Assembly: GCA_003158475.1 (NCBI GenBank)
Contig: PMJR01000103.1
Location: 9,538 to 73,537 of the forward strand
DNA: 64,000 bases
Reading direction: 5' to 3'
From: Ignavibacteriota bacterium
GTDB lineage: Bacteria > Bacteroidota > Ignavibacteria > UBA10030 > UBA6906
In this document: piece after piece, positions 38,330-47,457 of the stretch
Layout: each line of letters begins with the position of its first letter
Position numbering within the stretch: the first letter of the stretch is position 1
Translations under genes and position numbers: made by a program
The notes under the pieces: generated by a model
Seen by the model: only the letters and a program-made list of their open reading frames with translations
What the model was told of the DNA's origin: nothing
Database searches by the model: none

Positions 38330-39856
38330 ATGAAGAAAACAGTCCTGACATCGCTCGTGCTGGTGACCGTCGGCATACTCTTCGGTGCCATCCTGGTATC
38401 GAATTTCAGCGGCGGCGTGGACCTCTCCTTCGCCCGGAGCGGGAGCGAGGTCAAACTCGGGGGGCCGACGCCCGTTACCGTACAGAGTACCGGCCTGAAG
38501 GCCATCAGCGACAATTTCGTCGCTGTCGCGAAAGCCGTCACCCCCTCAGTCGTGGCGATCACGGTGACGACCTCCGGGAAGAAGACGGAGAAGAGCATGC
38601 CGCACGATTTCTTCCATTTCTTCGGGCCCGACTTCAAGTCGCAGGAGCCGCAGCCGGAACAGGGAATGGGGTCCGGGGTGATCATCACGGCCGACGGGTA
38701 TATCGCGACGAACAATCACGTCGTCGATGACGCCGACAAGGACGGCATCGAGGTGGTGATGCACGACAAGCTGCGCTACAAGGCGAAACTGATCGGGACT
38801 GACCCTTCGACGGACCTCGCCGTCATCAAGATCGATGCCAAAGACCTCCCCGCCGCCGCGCTCGGGAACTCGGATAACGTGCAGGTGGGGGAATGGGCGC
38901 TGGCGATCGGCAACCCGCTCGGACTCACGTCCACAGTCACCGCAGGGATCATCAGTGCCAAAGGGCGGAGCATCAATATCATCCGGGACAACAACTACAG
39001 CATCGAAGACTTCATTCAAACCGATGCTGCGATCAACCCGGGGAACAGCGGCGGGGCGCTCGTGAACCTGAGCGGTGAGCTGATCGGGATCAACACCGCG
39101 ATCGCAACGACAAACGCACGCTACCAGGGGTACGGTTTCGCCGTCCCCGTGAACATCCTGAAGACCGTCGCCGCCGACCTCATCAAGGAGGGAAAGGTCC
39201 GCCGGGGATATATCGGTGTCTTGATCGGCGCGGTGGACCAGACGATGGCCAATGCGCTCGGCATGAAGGAGGCGAAAGGGGTCCTCGTTCAGAGCACCGT
39301 CAAGGGGGGGGCCGGCGAGGCCGCCGGGCTGAAGGAGGGGGACGTCATCCTCTCCGTTGACGGGAAGGAAGTGAACGCGGGGAACGAGCTCCAAAGCTAC
39401 ATCGCCACGCACCATCCCGGCGACAGGGTGATGCTGAAGATCTTCAGGGACGGGTCGGTGGTCGAGAAACCGATCACACTGAAGGCGCGGGACGAGGAGA
39501 AGACGGTTGTCGCAGCGTCGGAGCCCAGGAAAGAGGAGGAGGAGAACTCGGTCGAATCCCCCCGGGTGATGAAGTTCGATAACCTCGGCCTGAGCGTCCG
39601 TTCGATGACGCCGGACGAAAGAAAGGAGCTTGAGGTGGACAGGGGCGTGATCGTCACAGATGTCAAGCCGTACGGCGAGGCATTCAACCGTGCCATCGGG
39701 AAGAACATGGTGATCGTCGAGGCCGACAGGAAGCAGGTGAATTCCCCTTCCGAATTGAAGAAGGTCGTCGACGGCCGGAAACCGGGCGACTCCCTCCTGC
39801 TGAGGATACGGAGCGAGAGGGGTACGTCATTCGTCGCGGTGCAGATCCCGAAATAA
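38330..39856 (+). CDS. htrA: HtrA/DegP-family periplasmic serine protease with two PDZ domains
   Basis: Catalytic-triad context TNNHVV, DLAVIK and GNSGGAL, followed by two PDZ-like segments. Confidence 0.9.
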   Translation: MKKTVLTSLVLVTVGILFGAILVSNFSGGVDLSFARSGSEVKLGGPTPVTVQSTGLKAISDNFVAVAKAVTPSVVAITVTTSGKKTEKSMPHDFFHFFGPDFKSQEPQPEQGMGSGVIITADGYIATNNHVVDDADKDGIEVVMHDKLRYKAKLIGTDPSTDLAVIKIDAKDLPAAALGNSDNVQVGEWALAIGNPLGLTSTVTAGIISAKGRSINIIRDNNYSIEDFIQTDAAINPGNSGGALVNLSGELIGINTAIATTNARYQGYGFAVPVNILKTVAADLIKEGKVRRGYIGVLIGAVDQTMANALGMKEAKGVLVQSTVKGGAGEAAGLKEGDVILSVDGKEVNAGNELQSYIATHHPGDRVMLKIFRDGSVVEKPITLKARDEEKTVVAASEPRKEEEENSVESPRVMKFDNLGLSVRSMTPDERKELEVDRGVIVTDVKPYGEAFNRAIGKNMVIVEADRKQVNSPSELKKVVDGRKPGDSLLLRIRSERGTSFVAVQIPK

Positions 39857-39877
39857 CGCACACCCGGTTCCTTGACA

Positions 39878-39917
39878 GACACTGCCCCGCCCTCACGTGC
39901 GGGGCAGTGTCGTATTC
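39878..39917 (+). terminator. Strong hairpin / terminator candidate after htrA
   Basis: A 13-bp perfect stem GACACTGCCCCGC (39878-39890) / GCGGGGCAGTGTC (39899-39911) with an 8-nt loop. The trailing GTATTC is only a weak U-tract. Confidence 0.55.
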
Positions 39918-39977
39918 AGCCCGGCATTCGGTCACGCCGTCGCGCCGGCCACGCCGAAGAACGTCGCGGCCGTTGGC

Positions 39978-40006
39978 TTGACAATGTAGCCCACGTGCGG
40001 TATATT
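39978..40006 (+). promoter_or_regulatory. sigma70-type promoter candidate (TTGACA-N17-TATATT) for HNH-trpS-scpAB
   Basis: TTGACA at 39978-39983 and TATATT at 40001-40006. Confidence 0.55.
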
Positions 40007-40151
40007 TTCCTCATCATAGGGTAACGGCGAACCGTCCATTCTTTCCCGACAGCAAGGAGGTAAGAGAGACTTCAGCGCGCAGGTTCACGCACAGGGTGCC
40101 ACCGGGAGGCTGAACGCCAAGGTTCTGATCCTCAATCAGAGCTATGAGCCC

Positions 40152-40613
40152 ATGAGCGTCATCAACGCAAAGAAGGCGATAATCCTCCTGTATCTGGGAA
40201 AGGCCGAGCTCATCGAAGCGCATGCCGGAAACAGGATCCGTTCCGTGTCGGCGAGCATGCCGTTCCCGAGCATTGTCCGCCTCTCGATGTACGTACGGGT
40301 TCCCTTCAAGAAAATCATACTCTCCCGAAAGAACATCCTTCGGCGCGACGGGCACCGCTGCCAGTACTGCGGGCGGTCCGATCTCTCGCTGACGATAGAC
40401 CATGTCCTCCCTCTGTCGCGGGGAGGGGAGGATACCTGGGAGAACCTCGTCTGTGCCTGTGTGCAGTGCAACAACCGGAAGGGCGACCGTACGCCGGACG
40501 AGACTTCGATGCTCCTCCGGCGCAAGCCGATGCGCCCGAATCACGTTACGTTCATCCGGCATGTCATGGGCTCGCTCGACGAGCGGTGGAAACCCTACCT
40601 CTTTCTCCACTGA
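40152..40613 (+). CDS. HNH endonuclease (COG1403-type small HNH protein)
   Basis: Motifs RRDGHRCQYCG...DHVLPLSRGGEDTWENLVCACVQCNNRK. Family-like N-terminal sequence (LNAKVLILNQSYEP) continues in frame upstream of ATG 40152, so the true start may be a non-canonical codon near 40110-40128. Confidence 0.8.
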   Translation: MSVINAKKAIILLYLGKAELIEAHAGNRIRSVSASMPFPSIVRLSMYVRVPFKKIILSRKNILRRDGHRCQYCGRSDLSLTIDHVLPLSRGGEDTWENLVCACVQCNNRKGDRTPDETSMLLRRKPMRPNHVTFIRHVMGSLDERWKPYLFLH

Positions 40614-40668
40614 GCCCCTCGGCCTCTCTTCCGTCAACCGTCACTCGGTCTTCCAGGGGGAATTTGTT

Positions 40669-41655
40669 TTGGGAACCAGGCAAACGATCCTCAGCGGCAT
40701 GCGTCCTACCGGCAAGCTCCACCTCGGGCACCTCGTCGGGGCTCTGGAGAACTGGGTACAGCTGCAGGGCGAGTACGACAACTATCATCTGATAGCCGAC
40801 TACCACGCACTGACAACGGACCCGGACTCCTCGCGCATCGGGAAGAATTCCGTCGACATGCTCCTGGACTGGCTCGGCGCGGGCGTGGACCCGGTACGGA
40901 GCCCTGTGTTCCGCCAGTCGCAGATAAAGGAGCACACCGAGCTCCACCTTATTCTGTCGATGCTGATAACCGCGGCCAGGCTTGAACGGAACCCCGCGGT
41001 CAAGGAGCAGGTGCGCGACCTGAACATCGAGAACGTGAGTTATGGACACCTGGGCTACCCCGTCCTCCAGGCGGCCGACATACTGTTGTACAAGGGGGAC
41101 CTTGTCCCCGTCGGCGAGGACCAGGTGCCGCACGTCGAGATAGCGCGGGAGATCGCACGGCGCTTCAACAACCAGTACGGGCAGGTGTTCCCGGAACCTG
41201 AGCCGAAGCTCACGCATTTCCCACGGCTGCCGGGCCTCGACGGCCTGGAGAAGAAAATGAGCAAGTCGGCGGGGAACACGATACTGCTCTCGGATTCGCC
41301 CGATGAGATCCTGAAGAAGATGAAGACCGCCGTCACGGATCCGCTGAAGGTCCGCAGGAACGATCCGGGGCGTCCCGAGGTGTGCCTTGTGTACCGGTAT
41401 CACGAGAAATTCAATCCCTCAGGCTCCTCGGAGATAGACGCGGGATGCCGGAGCGGCGGGCTCGGCTGCGTGGAGTGCAAGACGAAAATCGCGGGCGTCA
41501 TCGCGGCTCAGCTCGCGCCGTTCCGCGAGAAGCGGGCATATTTCGAATCGCGGCCCGACGAGGTGGCGGAAATTCTCGCTGATGGGGAAGAGAGAGGGCG
41601 TGCCAGGGCGCGCAGCACGATGGCGGAAGTCCGACGCGTCATGCACATGGGCTGA
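40669..41655 (+). CDS. trpS: Tryptophan--tRNA ligase
   Basis: Start set at TTG 40669. Motifs SGMRPTGKLHLGH and KMSKS. Confidence 0.9.
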   Translation: MGTRQTILSGMRPTGKLHLGHLVGALENWVQLQGEYDNYHLIADYHALTTDPDSSRIGKNSVDMLLDWLGAGVDPVRSPVFRQSQIKEHTELHLILSMLITAARLERNPAVKEQVRDLNIENVSYGHLGYPVLQAADILLYKGDLVPVGEDQVPHVEIAREIARRFNNQYGQVFPEPEPKLTHFPRLPGLDGLEKKMSKSAGNTILLSDSPDEILKKMKTAVTDPLKVRRNDPGRPEVCLVYRYHEKFNPSGSSEIDAGCRSGGLGCVECKTKIAGVIAAQLAPFREKRAYFESRPDEVAEILADGEERGRARARSTMAEVRRVMHMG

Positions 41656-41669
41656 TCAGGAAAACGCCA

Positions 41670-42386
41670 ATGTACAGGGTGAAGCTCACTGAATTCGAAG
41701 GCCCGCTCGACCTCCTCCTGTTCTTCATCAGACGGGACGAGCTCGAGATCGAGGACATCCCGATCTCGCGGATCACGCGTGAATTTCTCGACTATCTCCA
41801 CGTCATGGCCCAGCTCGACCTCGAGATCGCAGGAGACTTCATCGTGATGGCGGCGACGTTGATGCAGATCAAGGTGAGGATGCTCCTGCCGCGGGACGAG
41901 AACGCGGAGGAGGAGGAGGACCCGCGCGCGGAGCTCGTACGGCGCCTCATCGAGTACAAGAAGTTCAAGGAGATTTCGCAGCAGATGGGAACCCTGGAGG
42001 AGGAGCAACGGAAAGTGTACTACAGAAAGTTCTTCGCCGCGGACATGCACGACCAGCCCGCGCCGGGGGAGGGGGAGACGCTGGCCGATGTCTCGCTTTT
42101 CAACCTCATTGCGGCGTTCAGGAGCGCGATGGACCACATGCCCCGGAAGGTGGTGCACGAGGTGACCCTGTCTGACGTCTCGGTGGACGAACAGATGAGT
42201 TTTGTTCTTGATTTCCTCCGCGTCCGCGGTGCGACAACGCTCCTCACGCTGGTCTCCCACATGACCGAAAAAGTGCGGATCATCGTCACTGTGATCGCCC
42301 TGCTGGAGCTGACGAAAAACAAGGTCATCGCCCTCGCCGCCGCGGCCACCGGGGACGACGTCGCGATCAGACTGGCGGCGGCATGA
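41670..42386 (+). CDS. scpA: Segregation and condensation protein A
   Basis: Motif FEGPLDLLLFFIRRDELEIEDIPISRIT. Confidence 0.85.
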   Translation: MYRVKLTEFEGPLDLLLFFIRRDELEIEDIPISRITREFLDYLHVMAQLDLEIAGDFIVMAATLMQIKVRMLLPRDENAEEEEDPRAELVRRLIEYKKFKEISQQMGTLEEEQRKVYYRKFFAADMHDQPAPGEGETLADVSLFNLIAAFRSAMDHMPRKVVHEVTLSDVSVDEQMSFVLDFLRVRGATTLLTLVSHMTEKVRIIVTVIALLELTKNKVIALAAAATGDDVAIRLAAA

Positions 42387-43117
42387 GCGAAGGGGGAGTT
42401 GCGGAGAACGGTCCGCCCAACAGTGCCGGGAACAGCCCCTCGAACAGGGATGTGATCGAGGCCCTCCTCTTTGCCACCGATGAACCGCTGACGGTGAGGC
42501 AGGTGATCGACATATTCGGCACTCTCGAGGAGGGGGAGAAGCTCCCGTCGGTCACCCCCGATGACGTCCTCGGGTCCATCGAAGAGCTCAACCTCGACTA
42601 CGAGCGCACCGGCCGGGTGGTACGCATCGTCAAAGTGGCCGGGGGCTACCAATTTGCGACGAAACCCGAGTTCGCACCATGGCTCGGCAGGATGCTCAGG
42701 GAGAAGTCGAAGCGGAAGCTCTCGCTCTCCGCTCTCGAGACGCTTGCGGTGATCGCGTACAAACAACCGGTGACGAAGCCCGAGATCGAGACGATTCGCG
42801 GCGTCAACGCCGACTACGTGCTCCACACGCTTCTGGAGCGAAGCCTGGTTGCCATCGTCGGGCGCGCGGCGACGCCCGGACGTCCGCTGCTGTACGGCAC
42901 CACGAAGGAGTTTTTGAAACATTTCGGCGTCAACGATCTCTCGGAACTTCCGAAACCCAGGGAGATCGATGAGCTGATGGCGGAGGCGGAGTTCGAGGTC
43001 GAGAAGAGGATGTTGCAGGAACTCGAAGCGAAGCGCCGTCTCGAGACGGGAGAGGACCCGGGGTCCGGGACAGGAAATGAAAAGGGGGAGGATGATGCCG
43101 GCAGGGATATTTCCTGA
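42383..43117 (+). CDS. scpB: Segregation and condensation protein B
   Basis: ATGA overlap with scpA. Motifs IEALLFATDEPL, LSLSALETLAVIAYKQPVTKPEIE.IRGV and GRP..YGTT..FL..FG. Confidence 0.85.
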   Translation: MSEGGVAENGPPNSAGNSPSNRDVIEALLFATDEPLTVRQVIDIFGTLEEGEKLPSVTPDDVLGSIEELNLDYERTGRVVRIVKVAGGYQFATKPEFAPWLGRMLREKSKRKLSLSALETLAVIAYKQPVTKPEIETIRGVNADYVLHTLLERSLVAIVGRAATPGRPLLYGTTKEFLKHFGVNDLSELPKPREIDELMAEAEFEVEKRMLQELEAKRRLETGEDPGSGTGNEKGEDDAGRDIS

Positions 43118-43162
43118 CGGCGCGCACCCGCCGTACAACCTCAGAAGGGGCGTCACACGACA

Positions 43163-43972
43163 ATGAAGCCTGTACAGCGGCACCGCGCAGGGAAGCGCAC
43201 CGGGACCACGGCGACGGCGACGGGTCCGGGGCAGATCCGGATCAACCGCTTCCTGAGCATGAGCGGGATCACGTCGCGGCGAAAGGCGGAGGATCTGGTA
43301 CTCCAGGGAAAGGTCGAGATCAACCACATCGTTGTCCGGGATCTCGCAACCCGCGTCGATCCGGCGCGCGACAGGGTGTTCGTGAGTGGAACTCAGGCGC
43401 TCCCGGTAAAGGGATTCCTCTATCTCGTCCTCAACAAACCGAAGGACAGCATTACGACGCTCAGCGATGAACGGGGGCGGACGACCGTCATGAGCATGGT
43501 CCGCAGCCGGGAACGCGTCTATCCGGTGGGAAGGCTCGACAGGAACACAACGGGCGTCCTCATCCTGACCAACGACGGTAGTTTCGCCCACCGCCTCATG
43601 CATCCGAAATTCAACGTTCCGAAATCGTACAGGGTCTCCTGCGACAAGGCGCTCTCACGCGGGGACCTGACCCTCCTCCGGGGCGGGATCGTACTCCCGG
43701 ACGGACGGACGGCGCCTGCGGACGTGGAGCTCATCCCCCAGGGGCGGGGGAAGGAAATCGGCATCACGATCCACGAGGGACGGAACCGTCAGGTCAGGCG
43801 CATGTTCGAGACACTCGGCTATGACGTCGTGAAACTGGAAAGGGTCGCCTACGGCCCCGTCACGAAAGCGGGGCTGGCCCGGGGGGGAACACGAAGTCTC
43901 ACGCGGAGCGAGATCAGGTCTCTGAAGGAAATGGCGGGGTACACCGAGGAGGAACTGCTGTCTGGCCGGTAA
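43163..43972 (+). CDS. rluB: S4-domain 23S rRNA pseudouridine synthase (RluB-like)
   Basis: Motifs IRINRFLSMSGITSRRKAEDLVLQGKVEINH, VGRLDRNTTGVLILTNDG and EGRNRQVRRMFE. Confidence 0.85.
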   Translation: MKPVQRHRAGKRTGTTATATGPGQIRINRFLSMSGITSRRKAEDLVLQGKVEINHIVVRDLATRVDPARDRVFVSGTQALPVKGFLYLVLNKPKDSITTLSDERGRTTVMSMVRSRERVYPVGRLDRNTTGVLILTNDGSFAHRLMHPKFNVPKSYRVSCDKALSRGDLTLLRGGIVLPDGRTAPADVELIPQGRGKEIGITIHEGRNRQVRRMFETLGYDVVKLERVAYGPVTKAGLARGGTRSLTRSEIRSLKEMAGYTEEELLSGR

Positions 43973-43997
43973 CGCGGTCATATCCGGAGAAGGTCCC

Positions 43998-44117
43998 ATG
44001 AAAACCCCGCATCTCGTCCTCTTCATCGTCCTCCTCGCGGCGCTCCTGTCACTCTCCTGGGGCACATCCGTCTACCGGGAGGTCTATTTCGCCCAACCTT
44101 CGAACAATTCCCAATAA
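43998..44117 (+). CDS. Candidate 39-aa single-pass membrane peptide
   Basis: Not in the ORF track (under 60 aa). GGAGAAGG lies 5 nt upstream of ATG 43998. Translation is MKTPHLVLFIVLLAALLSLSWGTSVYREVYFAQPSNNSQ. Its TAA overlaps the next ATG (TAATG at 44115-44119). Coding status is unproven. Confidence 0.35.
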   Translation: MKTPHLVLFIVLLAALLSLSWGTSVYREVYFAQPSNNSQ

Positions 44118-44953
44118 TGCCGGACTCGCTGAAGGCCCCGTTGATCGCCGACCTTCTCCTCGCGCGTCGGCTCGAATCGACAGATGCATGGGTGAGTCTT
44201 CTCTCATCCCAGATCCATGCGCAGCTTCACCCGGCTTCCGGCGCTCTTGCCGAACCGGTCGCCGGCGGATATGCGGTCTTCACCGGGGTCGGCTCGCCGC
44301 TGACACAGGCGATCGGACTGGGGATGAAAGGACCTGTCACGGAACAGGACATGGAACAGCTCGAAGCGTTCTTCGAGGTCCGCGGGTCGCCGACACTGAT
44401 CGACCTCTGCCCGCTGGCGGACCCGTCGATCATCGAGCAGCTCAGCCTGCGCGGGTACCGGCTGAGGGAGTTCAGCAGCATGCTCGTGAGGCCCCTGCGG
44501 GAAGGGGGAGCCCGACCGGCGGGGGACGGGGCGCTCCGGGTCCAGCAATGCACCCCCTCGGAAGACGATCTCTGGGCGCGCACCGTCGCCCAGGGGTTTG
44601 CCGAGAGCCTCATCGTCTCAGAGGAGAACATGCTTGTGCTCAAGAGCCTGTTTCATCGGCCTGATTCGATCTGCCTGATCGCGTGGCTCGAGGGACGTCC
44701 GGTAGGGGGAGGGGCGCTCGCGATGCACGAAAGTGTCGCCGCCCTGTACGGTGCGAGCACGCTCCCGTCGTTCCGTCGGCGGGGCGTGCAGAAAGCGATC
44801 ATACTCGCGCTCCTTTCCCTCGCCGTCGAGGGAGGGTGCGATGTCGCTTACACGCTCACGAAACCCGGGAGCGTATCGCAGCGGAATGTCGAACGCCAGA
44901 ACTTCTTCGTGGCGTATACGCGCGCCATGATGGTGAAGGAGGTGAAGGAATGA
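44117..44953 (+). CDS. Two-lobed GNAT-family acyltransferase (278 aa)
   Basis: The C-terminal lobe carries the acyl-CoA motif (LPSFRRRGVQKAIILALL). The N-terminal lobe is GNAT-like but lacks that motif. Confidence 0.7.
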   Translation: MPDSLKAPLIADLLLARRLESTDAWVSLLSSQIHAQLHPASGALAEPVAGGYAVFTGVGSPLTQAIGLGMKGPVTEQDMEQLEAFFEVRGSPTLIDLCPLADPSIIEQLSLRGYRLREFSSMLVRPLREGGARPAGDGALRVQQCTPSEDDLWARTVAQGFAESLIVSEENMLVLKSLFHRPDSICLIAWLEGRPVGGGALAMHESVAALYGASTLPSFRRRGVQKAIILALLSLAVEGGCDVAYTLTKPGSVSQRNVERQNFFVAYTRAMMVKEVKE

Positions 44954-46293
44954 GCGGCGGGTTTCCGGATCTCGTACGGGAGGCGGGCGTCGTGGGGTGC
45001 GGGGGCGCGGGGTTCCCTGCACACATCAAAGCTTCCTCCCGGGCCGATACGGTCATCGCCAACGGCGCGGAATGCGAGCCGCTTCTGCACAAGGACCTCG
45101 AACTCATGGTGCGGGAGGCTCCGGCAGTAGTGCGGGGGATCCGGCTCCTGATGGAATCGACGGGGGCGAAGCGGGGAATCATCGGCGTCAAGAAAAAAAA
45201 CACGGAGCGCCTCGGGGCTCTTTCCGCAGCGGCGCAGGGGGCCGGCGTGGAGGTCCTCTTTCTCGGCGATTTCTACCCGACGGGCGATGAGTACATACTC
45301 GTCTACGAAGCGACGCGACGGTCGATTCCCCCCGGGGGGATACCCCTCGACGTGGGGGTCGTTGTGTCCAACGTCGAAACGCTCCGGAACATGTCGCGGG
45401 CCGCAGACGGCATCCCCGTGACGTCAAAATACGTCACGGTGGCCGGTGCGGTGCGCAGGGCCCTCACGCTGGAAGTCCCCGTCGGGACGCCGTTCGCGGA
45501 CGCGATCGCGGCGGCGGGGGGGCCGGCCGCCCCCGATGTCGCGGTATTCGCCGGAGGCGTGATGATGGGGTCGCTGACGACCGACTTCGCACAACCGGTC
45601 ACCAAGACATGCGCCGGTCTCATCATTCTGCCTTTGACGCACACTCTGGTGACGCGGAAGACCCTCACGCCCGGCGCGATGCACCGGATCGGGAAATCGG
45701 CATGCGACCAGTGCAGTTACTGCACGGAGCTCTGTCCCCGCTATCTCCTCGGGTACGAAGTCGAGCCGCACAAGGTGATGCGAAGCCTCAGCTTCACCGC
45801 CACCGGCGAGGATGTATGGAACAGGTACGCCGACCTCTGCTGTTCGTGCGGACTCTGCACGTTGTATGCGTGTCCGGAGGACCTCTATCCCAAGGAGGCG
45901 TGCGACAAGTCGAAGGCGGATTCGCGCATGCGCGGTCTCTCCTGGCACGGGAAGAGGGAAGTCAGCGTCCATCCGATCTACGACGGACGCCACGTGCCGC
46001 TCGGCCGGCTGATGAAGAAACTGGGGATCGAAACGTACAACGTCCCCGCCGAATTTGCCGGGATGTCGCTCATGCCGCGGCGTGTGACACTCCCGCTCTC
46101 CGCTCATGCGGGCGCGCCGGTCCGGGCGCTCGTGCGCACGGGCGCACACGTACGCGTGGGTCAGAAGATCGGGGAATACTCCGGCGACCGGACCGGCGCT
46201 CATATCCACGCGAGCATCGAGGGGATCGTGACGCTGACGGGGGACGGGGTCGTGATCGAACAATTGGAGGAAAGGAGCCGTCAGCATGCCTGA
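44950..46293 (+). CDS. PduS-like flavo-iron-sulfur oxidoreductase (RnfC/NuoF-type nucleotide site, two 4Fe-4S motifs, C-terminal barrel domain)
   Basis: Start moved to ATG 44950 (ATGA overlap with the GNAT stop). Motifs GVVGCGGAGFPAHIK, NGAECEP, YPTGDE, CDQCSYCTELCP, CCSCGLCTLYACP and C-terminal ...GAHIHASIEGIV. At 447 aa it is co-linear with PduS as I remember it. Confidence 0.75.
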   Translation: MSGGFPDLVREAGVVGCGGAGFPAHIKASSRADTVIANGAECEPLLHKDLELMVREAPAVVRGIRLLMESTGAKRGIIGVKKKNTERLGALSAAAQGAGVEVLFLGDFYPTGDEYILVYEATRRSIPPGGIPLDVGVVVSNVETLRNMSRAADGIPVTSKYVTVAGAVRRALTLEVPVGTPFADAIAAAGGPAAPDVAVFAGGVMMGSLTTDFAQPVTKTCAGLIILPLTHTLVTRKTLTPGAMHRIGKSACDQCSYCTELCPRYLLGYEVEPHKVMRSLSFTATGEDVWNRYADLCCSCGLCTLYACPEDLYPKEACDKSKADSRMRGLSWHGKREVSVHPIYDGRHVPLGRLMKKLGIETYNVPAEFAGMSLMPRRVTLPLSAHAGAPVRALVRTGAHVRVGQKIGEYSGDRTGAHIHASIEGIVTLTGDGVVIEQLEERSRQHA

Positions 46294-46840
46294 CATGAAT
46301 GCCATAGGGCTAGTCGAACTCTCGAGCATCGCTGCAGGCTACCTGGTGGCGGATGCGATGCTGAAAGTCGCCGACGTCTCCCTCCTTCTTTCCCGCAGCA
46401 TCTGCTCCGGGAAATACATCGTGATGATCGGTGGGGACGTCGCGGCTGTCCGCTCGAGTGTCGATGCCGGGACAGTCGCCGGCACGGGGATGGTGATCGA
46501 CACGTTCGTTATCCCGAACGTCCATGCGGGAGTCTTCCCCGCGATCGCGGGGACGGCCGCGACGGAGATGCTCGGGGCACTGGGTATCGTCGAGTCGTTC
46601 AGCGTCGCGTCGCTTGTCGAAGGGGCCGACGCTGCGGTGAAAACCGCGCGCGTCACACTGCTCGAAATCCGCCTCGCCATGGCGCTCGGAGGAAAGGCAT
46701 TTGTGACGATGACAGGCGATGTCGCCGCGGTGACCTCTGCCGTCGATGCTGCGGCGTCGGTCTGTGCGGAACGGGGACTTCTCGTCAACCGGGTCGTCAT
46801 ACCGAACCCGAGAAAAGAGCTCCTGAGGGAAATGATCTGA
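46286..46840 (+). CDS. Tandem BMC-domain protein, PduT-like
   Basis: 184 aa with two BMC repeats (AIGLVELSSIAAGYLVADAMLK... and ALGIVESFSVASLVEGADAAVK...). A single Cys in SRSICSGKY sits at the PduT cluster-ligand position. The gene overlaps the upstream gene by 8 nt, with AAAGGAG 8 nt upstream of the ATG. Confidence 0.8.
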   Translation: MPDMNAIGLVELSSIAAGYLVADAMLKVADVSLLLSRSICSGKYIVMIGGDVAAVRSSVDAGTVAGTGMVIDTFVIPNVHAGVFPAIAGTAATEMLGALGIVESFSVASLVEGADAAVKTARVTLLEIRLAMALGGKAFVTMTGDVAAVTSAVDAAASVCAERGLLVNRVVIPNPRKELLREMI

Positions 46841-46843
46841 TCT

Positions 46844-47404
46844 ATGATCACGGCTCCCGAACGGTTACTGACCTCACGCCTGATTCTGAGGAAACCCGTG
46901 CGCGGGGATGCGGGAAAAATGTTCGACGCCTGGGCGCAGGACCCGGAGGTCACGCGCTATCTGATGCGGCGTCCCGACGGGAGCCTCCGGGAAGCGGAAG
47001 AGTCCCTGGCGAGGATGCTGGCTCACTGGGAGGAGAGGAGCGCCTATGCCTGGCCCATCCTCCTCCGTGAGAACGACCTGCTCGTCGGGATGATCGAAGC
47101 GCGCGTCGACGCCGCCATGGTCAACATCAGTTATGTGATCGCCCGTGCGCACTGGAACAAAGGGTTTGCCACCGAGGCGGTCAGGGAGGTCTGTGCGTGG
47201 GCCGACGCGCAGCCCGACGTTTTTCGTGTCTGGGCCGTGTGCGCGGTCGACAACCCGGCCTCCGCTCGGGTGCTGGAGAAGGCGGGGATGACCCGCGAGC
47301 GAATTCTCCGGCGGTGGGCCGTCTTTCCCAACATCAACGGCGCTCCGAGAGACTGTTACAGTTACTCGCTCGCGAGAGAGTCCGCACTTCAGGCCGCCCC
47401 GTGA
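46844..47404 (+). CDS. GNAT-family N-acetyltransferase (RimJ/RimL-like)
   Basis: Motifs LLTSRLILRKP..., WNKGFATEA and NPASARVLEKAGM. It starts 3 nt after the BMC gene stop. Confidence 0.8.
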   Translation: MITAPERLLTSRLILRKPVRGDAGKMFDAWAQDPEVTRYLMRRPDGSLREAEESLARMLAHWEERSAYAWPILLRENDLLVGMIEARVDAAMVNISYVIARAHWNKGFATEAVREVCAWADAQPDVFRVWAVCAVDNPASARVLEKAGMTRERILRRWAVFPNINGAPRDCYSYSLARESALQAAP

Positions 47405-47406
47405 CC

Positions 47407-47435
47407 TTGTAGATTGTCCCCCCGTTTGGTACATT
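47407..47435 (+). promoter_or_regulatory. sigma70-type promoter candidate (TTGTAG-N17-TACATT)
   Basis: Lies upstream of the TPM gene. AAGAGGAG precedes ATG 47458. Confidence 0.4.
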
Positions 47436-47457
47436 ACGGCGATAAGAGGAGCACGGG

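Noticed and set aside
17593-40613. RadC, ComEC and HNH endonuclease considered as parts of a defence or competence island.
   Set aside because: The three genes are 10-20 kb apart and separated by housekeeping operons. Each sits in a typical chromosomal context, and none is accompanied by restriction, Cas, toxin or other defence partners.
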